From: Trichoplax adhaerens
Taxonomy: Eukaryota; Animalia; Placozoa
Reading direction: 5' to 3'
DNA length: 64,000 nt
Assembly (NCBI RefSeq): GCF_000150275.1
Contig: NW_002060946.1
Location: forward strand, 6,052,597 to 6,116,596
A program made the position numbers and the translations under genes. Shown here in pieces: positions 54,250 to 64,000 of the stretch; the stretch's first letter is position 1, and each line of letters begins with the position of its first letter. The notes beneath the pieces are model-generated. The model ran no database searches, had not been told where the DNA came from, and saw nothing but the letters and a program-made list of their open reading frames with translations.

Positions 54250-57200
54250 TTGCAAGCTTTAACACCATTTATGATATTTTATAGTAGGGCACTCATTTCT
54301 GGAAAATTGATATCATAAGCACTATGATAACTATAAGCGACTCCAATACTATCTATCTGTAAGCTAAAATTTTTGTATATCACAGAATCGATACGTAGCA
54401 TATGCACGTAATGGTACTGTAATCTACTACAGTTATAAATGAATATTTAGAATTGCAAAATTAATGTATTAGCGTGATCGAAGATGTCGTAACGAATACC
54501 ATACAATTTTAGCATCTACTTGCCACGATACGATGCTGTGATACTAGTTAAGTAAATATTGATTAATGAATGATGGATACTTTTGAATAGTCTGTCATGT
54601 GCATATTTGATGTTTTAATTTTGTTGGCTTGTAGTTAATTCTGCAGCAGTAGAATGGTCGTATAAAAAACGAACCATTGTAAGTTAATTTACTGTAGATT
54701 GAAAGATATGTTAAACACTAATAATTATAATTGAGCCGTATAGAATCGGAAGATGAGCATTTTAGCATTACATAATCCGTAGCTACCTTACACTAAAATT
54801 CGCAATAGAAATCTATTTAAGTGCACATGGCTGTAAAATAAAAGTGGTAATTTTTACGTAGGGTACTGGAGCTGCAATATGAAGAAAAGTGTAGCAATTA
54901 ATTAGTTATCTGTGAAGTAATGCCAAGAAATCGAGTTCTCATATATGGTTCGCATAGAGACTGAAAATACTAGAGGTAGTAGCCAGAGTTATCATCCTAC
55001 ACTAGAGTTCTTAACAAATCTTTGCCTATAAGTGAGGATTGTGACACTACTATACTACATTAACTTATCATCAAATAGCATTTAAAATAATCGGGGAAGT
55101 ACCATAGATAAAATATTATAATATTAAATCTGAAGCTATTTTAAAGCAGAAGGAGTACAAAGGAAGGTACATCGTTCTTAACATGGATATAAAGATAAAT
55201 ATAATTGGAAAGCAGTGAAAAGAAAATCGAGGTACTAGTACTCCACATGGAAATCACGTCATTATTAATAAACGGCTTTAGAATAAAATATCAATTTAAG
55301 TCATGATTAATTATATAATCAATTATGCAGTAGATAATAATAGATATCCTACATGTTTATTTTATTGTCTATAGTATTACAATGAACTTTTACAGTTTGT
55401 ACTTCTTTCGTGATTGAAGTTTATACAGTTTGATTTAAAAATTAAACTTGGCATTTATAAAAAAAACTACGCCATAATTGAAATTGTCAAGCGATAACAT
55501 CTTGATTTTTAATAATAACATATTTAATGCACAATGAATGTTGTTTCTATGTATTAGCTATATCTTATTAAAACTTATTACTGTCATATATTGAGATCTT
55601 GATCAAGTACGTAAAATTTTATTAATATTAACGTGAATTTACGAAATTAAATTTTTATCATGACCAATTATATTAGATAAAAGTTCATGCTTTAGATAAA
55701 TGTGATAGTCCGTAGTAAGTTGTAATATAGTACCCAAGTTGATATTTGCTATTTGCGTTGCTTTAAGCTGAAAGTTTTATATTTAGTAACAATGATTTCC
55801 TTATACTAAGTATTCACTCGTGCGTTATCAGAGAATGATCAAAACAAATTTTATACAATGGGTCGCATAACATTAGTATTATGATTATGTTGCAATTGCT
55901 AATGAATTTTTGCTCATGTTTTCTTACTGAATCAGCTTTACTAGAAAGATAATAATGCAACAATAGATTGAGTATCGCTTATAATTACAACAGTCGTGAT
56001 TTTTCTGTTTGACAATAAAATTTAGCGTATAATGCATTTAACTTTTCAATTATATTACATTATTACGTATTATAAAAGTTTATAAAAACTTTTTATTTGT
56101 AAGATCTCATTAATGAGTTCATTAATACTGGCATAATTTTAGTACATCTTATATCAGATTGAGAAATATGTCAATCTATGATTATAATTATTATATAGCT
56201 TTTGCAACGCTGTAACAGCAAAAGTGCAGATGGATATTTCTCAAAAAGTATAGTTTTTGTTTGAGAATGGCAAAGTTTCTCGATCTAGTATTTACAGATA
56301 TAAAATAATAATTCTCAATATTTTGTTTCAATTCCTTCAATTAATATTTATTACTAAGACCCCATTTATGTCAGTGGTTTTGTATTGTAACACTCTACTA
56401 CCGCATATACATGTTTCTATCATCACATTTATATGATGAGCGACAGATTTTAACGTTACGTGATTTTTCTAAATAGAAAGTATATTCTTTCTGTCCTAGT
56501 AAAATGATTACGCATTTATTTAAGCATTAGCCTTGATTTAACTTATTATAGTTGCTTAGACAGTTTTAAGAATTATTCACAACTCGCTGGACTTTTACTT
56601 CGATATTAATCAAGTAACCTTAAAAAATTATTTATCTAATGTATCTCTGTAATACTGATAACGCCAAGTTTAAATCTTTTCCTTATATGTTGCGTTTTAT
56701 ATGATTTCCCTTTTATGATGCATGCTACCATTTTCTTACATAAAAATGCCTTACTTCATTTTTGCACGGTCATGATCTTTATTACTCAATCGTCATCATC
56801 TCTATTACAATCTCTAACAATAGAATGTTTCATTAGTCTTTCTTACTTATCCAATGCCCTCTTTGCTAAGCACTGAATAGCCTTATCTCGGACCGAATTA
56901 ATAATATCCTAGGTTCATCGCCGATTATCCTAGTTTCTTAATAAATATCGCTATTGTTACATCTCACTGCTTTGCAGGCTATATTGTAATAAACAATTTT
57001 ATTTAGGTAAATAAATTTTAAACAATCTTATTTCGCATTTTTAAAAGTCTTATTACTTAATGTTGATTACTATTGCTTATACCAGCAGAGCGGTATTGTC
57101 TGGTTAAATGTTTTTCTACGACTAAATATTAATGTTCTTTGTCTATGACTCCTACACAATTCTCAATGTCTCATTAATATGTATCTATACGCTTGTGAAA

Positions 57201-59499
57201 TGTTACATTTGCTTTGTTTTCTAGCAGTCTTTCATACCTATGGTATTGTAAAATCATATGATATTTTAATGTTTTGTTTAACTACTCCATGATCTTTTTA
57301 ATAATATGACAAGCAAATCGCCTGTCTATATTGATATTGATTTCCATAATCATAGCTAAATTAAATTTGCAGAAAATACCATAACTTGATAATGCCAACA
57401 CTAGCAATAGCTATTATACGATGCAAGTCAGGGTTGATTGGAATAATATCGTGCTAATGTTCCACAATATCGTATTCTGATTGAAAGATAAGATACAGAC
57501 ATTCAAGAAATTAGACGATAATTTTTAATTTTTAGTTAGATTTATTAAGTTAGCTAGAAATTACGAATAGGCAAACAGATCAATACTGACGAGTGTATTA
57601 ATGCGTTAAGTATAAGCAACGAAATAACTGACTACTACAATAATAGATACCATCAGTATCACAACTGATCCTTTATCTGTCGTGTCAATTCATTTTAACT
57701 TGAGAAAATTACGCAGGTGCATATTTTTTTACGAGAACGTATTATTACAAGCTTTTAGGCCATTGTCCATTTTATGTACTTTGGTATCATTTCATATATG
57801 AGTGTTATTTCTTTAAGAAGTATATCTCAATTAATCGTAAAGATATACGGTAGAAGATTTTCACGAAATACTTGATCGATGTAATTTATATGCGCTAAGG
57901 CTGACATGCCGTAAGCATCCTTGGCGATTTATTACAATCATGACCTACATATGTTAAAATTTATGGATTTAAGCTGAAAGATGTAATAGATCTAACGCGA
58001 ATCTTGATTAAATTTTAAAATTATTTCTGTTATGTAGGATAAATACGCACTGTAGTAATTAAATCCAGATCAAATACAAGTAATGAGTTGTCAACTACAA
58101 CAACTGTCTAAAGAAAGTATCGGATATTTCCAGTATTCGATTAAAATCGACCAGAATTATTCAATTTCAGGCAATGAATCCTAGCGAGAAATAATTACTC
58201 TGACGCAGTTGATCAATTTTATATTATCAGTGTTAAATTATGAGGAGACACATCGAAGTTTATAGTAACTAAACGAAAAGTTAAAATGTAGACAAATGTG
58301 TCATGTAATAAAGAAAGCGTCAACATAAAGTCTAGACTACCAATGGTAATTGTATATAGAATAGATATAAGTGTTTATTTAGATAATAAATCAAGAAATC
58401 GTATTTGCTTCCAAAGTCAAATCAAGTAGAATTCACTTCGCGTTTTTAGTTTGTGTTAATTATGAATTAATAATGAGCTTCTTTTCTGAAAATTCTTAAT
58501 CACACCGGGCTATCATGATACATAGAAGTACATTTATATATTATTAAATTTGGTATATAACGTTAATAGAAATTATGGCCATATCAAATCCGCCAACCTA
58601 ACCCATTCATCGTCAGGGTTCAAATAATAAATTTGGATCAGCTATAATAATGACTATGATAACATTGATTGCCAAAATGGATTTACAAAGAAACACGCCA
58701 AGCGCTATGGTTGACTTGGCTTTCCTCCTTAATTGATTTGAATATTTGATAATAGGTATCATATTGTGCTGGTACCATAGAATATTTCAACTTTTGCTTA
58801 GATACACTAGATTAACTGTTTGTATCCATTTCCAATGATGATAATAAGAGAAAAACTGATTTCAGTAAGCCATAACCATAGAATGAATTTACCGTAATCT
58901 CAATTCTAAATCTTAAATTGACGCATTTTACTTAGTTTATGAAACGATAAGTTATAATAATTGAATAGCTATTATTTCAGAAGCTAAATTTATATCACCA
59001 ACCTAGGTTAACTAAATGTTGATTTATTTACGTAGTAACTGTACTAATTGATAATTTAATAGTATACTATTCATTAATTAAGAAAGAAATGCTTGAATAA
59101 TGCACAGAATTTAGTGGTAGTTACCAATTATGAAGGTTTTAATGAAAGGTAAAGATATATTAAAGTTAATATTTTATATATGCTAAATGCGTATTTGGTC
59201 TTTAGTAATACGTTGTCAAGTTTCTTTAACGGATGTCGCTAGTCAATAACAATTGATGAAAGTTATATGATATGTCGATTATAGGTGACAATTGTTAGAC
59301 GGAGAGAGATTGTTAGATGAAGTGAAATAGTATATTTATCAGGGAATGATGTAATTATCATCGGCACTAGTCACCTNTAATACATATGTTAACTAAAAGC
59401 ACAACAACAGATACCAAATTTAGTGTTGGGGTAGATTTNTAGGCTATTTCCTAAAATAGGTTAAATTTTTTAAGATATGGATAAAGGCATGTAGTTTTT

Positions 59500-60537
59500 T
59501 TAGCTTAGTAGTGTAGAACTACTGCTTGCTCGAGCTCGTACAGTCTTGCATCGCCAAAATAAGGACATAACACCATCGCGTAAGTTTTTGTTGAAAAATC
59601 CGTAAATGATTGGGCTAGCGACTGGATTCCATGATGCTAAATAAAATAGCCATTCCCGTACGTGATATTTATTTAGTCTGCGTGATAGAGTTTTATCTAA
59701 GACATTGATTACTTGGTAGACATTATAAGGTGTTTGTAAGAACACATAAACTCCGACAACGATTGCTACAGTTTTGACGGCTTTTAAACCAAAAGGCGAA
59801 GAAGTAGAGGTGGAACTGGATTGATTTTCAGCTCTTATCCTACTAGCGTGATCTTTTGCAACCAAAAAGATCCGAACATAGAAGATAATAGTGACTATAG
59901 TAGGAAGCAGAAACATCAAGAAGGCCCAAAATACGTGCCATGCTTGTAAGCTTATCCTACGATTTGCCTTTATTTCTGACATTAGACAGTAATAAGGGCA
60001 GAAACGCCACCAATCAATTATCAAGGGCAAAAATGCCACAAAAGTAGGTAAAATCCAACAAATTAGTAAAATGATACCAAACATGACCGATTTGTAAACA
60101 CTGATTTGATTATACCAGAATGGAGATGTGATGGCAATGAATTTCTCTAAGCTGATAGAACAAATATGAAAATTCATACAGCAAACGAAAGCAAATTGGA
60201 TAACATTATGGGATAATTGGCAATAAATATTAGTAAATGGGTGAATAGAATTCCCAATAACCATGATTTTAACCGGTAAAATATATAGAAAGCAAAATAA
60301 GATATTGGCGAGGCATAGACTTCCAACTAGTACACTACTGTGTGTCCATAGTGATTTTTTAAAGCAAATAACACCCACTAATAAAGCATTTGGGACTAAT
60401 ATAATGATGAACAAAATACTCCATGTAATGATTAAATCGATCTCGAATTGAGATATTGGCCGATAAACGAGGCTTGTTAGATTGAGTTTAAGAAAAAATC
60501 GAACATCTGGGCAAATTGTGTGGGTTAGCGCTGACAT
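59500..60537 (-). CDS. Single-exon rhodopsin-like orphan GPCR, paralogue 3 (345 aa)
   Basis: CPDVRFFLKLNLT, SLCLANILF, NIYCQL, SLEKFIAITSPF, CWILP, WWRFCPYYC, LQTPYNVYQ, WNPVASPIIYGFFNKNLR. Confidence 0.92.
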   Translation of the reverse strand: MSALTHTICPDVRFFLKLNLTSLVYRPISQFEIDLIITWSILFIIILVPNALLVGVICFKKSLWTHSSVLVGSLCLANILFCFLYILPVKIMVIGNSIHPFTNIYCQLSHNVIQFAFVCCMNFHICSISLEKFIAITSPFWYNQISVYKSVMFGIILLICWILPTFVAFLPLIIDWWRFCPYYCLMSEIKANRRISLQAWHVFWAFLMFLLPTIVTIIFYVRIFLVAKDHASRIRAENQSSSTSTSSPFGLKAVKTVAIVVGVYVFLQTPYNVYQVINVLDKTLSRRLNKYHVREWLFYLASWNPVASPIIYGFFNKNLRDGVMSLFWRCKTVRARASSSSTLLS

Positions 60538-63500
60538 TTTGATTTAATAAAGTTGACAAACGATTTCTTTCGTCAGCTTTTCTCTTAATAAAAGGTTTAA
60601 TAAGATTTAATTCTGGAGTTACTTACTGCCACCAGATAAGCCAATGTTGTAATAAAGATCTAAAGAGTGAGCAAATGTTAAAAATTAAAGAAGACTTGAA
60701 ATTATGATTAGCTCTGATACATATCCTTGCACGCTAAATTTCATAGTAGTGCAATTAATTTAAGAATAGATGCTGTAATCTAGTTTGGTTCATTTCTAGT
60801 CTAGGAATAAATTAATTAATTCGCTAGCTATCAATATTACTTACCAATATTCAATTATTGTCTTGATCTTTACCAGAGCAAGAACCTGACACCAAATCAG
60901 TTGCTGTCCAAATGGATGATCTCTGTTTTACCGTGATATTAAAGAATACTAATATCAACCTGGCTATATACCAAAAGAAAAGGTTTATGTTTTAATTAAA
61001 TTCGTTTTACATACTTTTGATGACTCGCTTTTGTTTCTTATTAATACTTTCTATTAAGTAAAAACAATCAAAAATAATAATAAGAACAATAATTACAGTC
61101 AATTTATTGGAAAATTATTAATATAGACATCTCTAATTCAGCGGAAGAAGACCTAATAGTTACCACAGTAACCAAAATTCTATAGCTATCGAATTGAAAT
61201 ATTTTAATCATTTTGATTAATAATAATAAGCATAGTGAAAAATGAAGTTTAATATCCAAAAATGCTATCAATAAATTATAGCGATCTTCTAGAAAGAGAG
61301 TATTCACTGTACCGTACGATATTATAGAAGATAAATCGTTTCATTTCAAAGTTTGTATTAATGTAGTATAATAACTGAATATTTACGACTATCCTGTTAT
61401 TGAAATCGATTTTAATGGCTTGGTAAATATTGTTGTATACTAATCAGAGATTATACTGTATTTTAATAGCAATATCGTACTGTTGCCTGGTTTATTTTTG
61501 GAATATACAATACTTCAGCCAATACAATGTAGAAAAATATTAATAACCACTATAAGGAAGTAACATTATTCTACATCTGCGGACAAAAACATATTGATTT
61601 GATGAAGAACTGTGCGGCTAATATTGTTTCCCATGCTTTATTCTTTTTTATTTGTCTATACTCTAATGAAGTTGAAGCTGAATTTTCCGTAATGTTATTC
61701 AGAAACTTAATATTATAACTTGAAACAATAAAATGACCTATGGTCTTAATTACACTTACTATTAATATTGACTAAATTTAATTTTTTTTTCAAAGGATAA
61801 TTATTTCGATATCTAAAATTGTGAAAGTTTTTTATTTAAATTTTAATTGATTTATTTAAAAATTCAAATAAAATATTCTAGAGGTATTTAAAATCGTAAC
61901 CTTTAGTGCTAAGTAACTAACGAAAGGTATGTTATTGGCTAAAGCAAAGAATAAAAGGTCCTTAACTGATAAAACTACTGTAACTGTAGCTGTCATCTTA
62001 TTATGGTTAGTTAAATATACGTTTGAGAAATATTAAAGTAAATCATTTGATGAATCAATGAATCAATAAATCAAAATAATTGTAATCCAATGTATTTAAT
62101 GTATCTAGCTCGTAGTGCGTCAATATGTATTCTATCATTTCGTCTATTCTATGGTATAATCACCGATATTATATCGGCTTGGAGCAGCTGGTTTTACTGA
62201 TGCTTTGTTAATTTAGCTCGTACACCGGTAGTTAATAAATATCATACGGAACTTTTAAAGACAGTAGTAAATAATTTTTAAAATAGTTATAGTCTAAGAA
62301 TTATAGAAGGCATAATTAGTTTAAGCGGTATACAATTCTGCAATTATATTCATACTTTCAATAGAGGTTTATAGTGATGAATCACATTCAATTTTATGCA
62401 TGAATTCTTCGATATTGGCAGCAAAAACGATTTAGAAGTACCGTAAAACTTATGCTGATGAATTGTAACAAAAGATTATTACGATGCGGGTAACCAACTT
62501 TTGACAGATAAATAGATATGATTATCTGTTTGCGAAGGAAAAATACTGGTTTGATGAACAACCGGTATTAACCATCTTCACACTATTATAAGTATATTTT
62601 GATTTCAATTTATGTATTAAGCATACAGAATAAACTGAATGAAGTCTGTCAAAATCATGACCAAATAAAATGCTATGGAAGCTATTGCTAGAATTAAAGC
62701 TATCACAACTGGAAATTACTGTGCCTGTTATAATATCTTAGTAAGAATAATTAATATTTTCTATGGGTAGCCGCGCCTTATTTAGATTCCCTGGCCTAGG
62801 ATCTTTCATAAAAATTACATTCTTATGATAAGAAAAATTTTTTCCCACGGTTGTCTTTAGAAGTATTACTGACGTGCCGCAATGTTTAATTGAAATAGTA
62901 ACATGATTACTTAAAATTTTGAATGTATTAATGAGATAATTGCTGAACTGAAGATAATATTGACTTTGTAAACTTTTTGTCAACTTTAATAAAAAATTTA
63001 ATAAAATATCAACGATTATATTGTACTATTAATAATGATTAAAATTCCGTAATGTTTGCGGTTCTCATATATAGTGCTGACTGCAATTTTTTGATCATAT
63101 TTTTACAAACAAGCTATCAGTTCAAATAAACTAGCATAAAATCCCGAGTAAGCTTTACTGTATTACAAGTTGGCATATACCTGTCAGATAAAGTGATTTT
63201 GGAAGCTGTATAATTAAAGGGACTAATATTACGTAAGTCAAATCAATCAAAATTTTCCAGTTCTAATTTATGATTCATTAGGGTGTCAATTGCTACAATA
63301 GCATTTAATGAATAAGTAATTTCTCCATAAAATGACTTTCAACATTCATAAACCAAATTTTGACGAAAGAATAGGAGGAAGGCCGTCATTTCAAATGATC
63401 AGCCAATAATAATCTTTTACATACTTTATAATTCATTATAATGGACCCGTTGGTTTCCTTAGAAAATATTTTACCATTATTAAATGTTATTGGATTGAAG

Positions 63501-64000
63501 GAACCATATCGGCTATCTTATTACATTAACAGTAACAAGTAAGTGATTCATGATGGTATTCAGTAGTAGAAATTTAAATTAATTATAGATCTTTATAATA
63601 ATCACATCGATTGAGATCATAACAAATACGGCTTTTTTGCTATTATACAAGCCAAATTCATTTCACACTATCACCAAGTTTTCATTCTTCATTTAATTCC
63701 CAATCAAAACTACTACTAATTATAAGTTATAGCTTTCTAACTCCTTTAGCACTCAAATAATCAACTTAACAACAAACTATGATGGATTTGCTGTTTACAA
63801 TCGGTAAACCCGGAAAATTTTTACATATTTAAGCAGAAAGTAATATCTTGAACTATCTAAAAATATCGGGAATCTTTTCATATATTTCAATCAGCCAATC
63901 AACTTCATTTTGACTCTAACAGCTCCTACACCATTAGCACAACAACATTGAATTCGTTTACCTCTTAAGCAAAATATTTTAGCGCGGTAATAATCTATTT

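Noticed and set aside
29260-60451. Short ORFs overlapping the GPCRs (29260..29448, 29449..29679, 40037..40351, 60263..60451)
   Set aside because: Antisense or alternative-frame shadows of hydrophobic coding sequence.
28941-60537. GPCRs as opsins or aminergic receptors
   Set aside because: No Lys at 7.43 (Ser instead) and no Asp at 3.32; a specific ligand class cannot be assigned.

Overview
Eukaryotic, AT-rich animal DNA with many short GT-AG introns. Composition, intron density and intronless rhodopsin-class GPCR paralogues suggest a placozoan such as Trichoplax (inference, not verified). The first ~27 kb is gene-dense. It holds a ZGRF1-like DUF2439/SF1 helicase (+), an orphan gene (-), CCDC6 (-), SLC25A16 (-) and class III alcohol dehydrogenase ADH5 (+); the last two are divergent across a CAGTA/TACTG-rich 2.9 kb region that contains a MITE-like inverted-repeat element. 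The remaining ~37 kb is gene-poor. It carries three single-exon paralogous GPCRs (-) with non-canonical activation motifs, five unrelated two-copy tandem duplications of ~215-303 bp, and decayed LTR-retrotransposon relics (a gag-like frame, LTR-like termini, a candidate solo LTR). All gene models were spliced by eye, and family assignments rest on recalled motifs rather than database searches.
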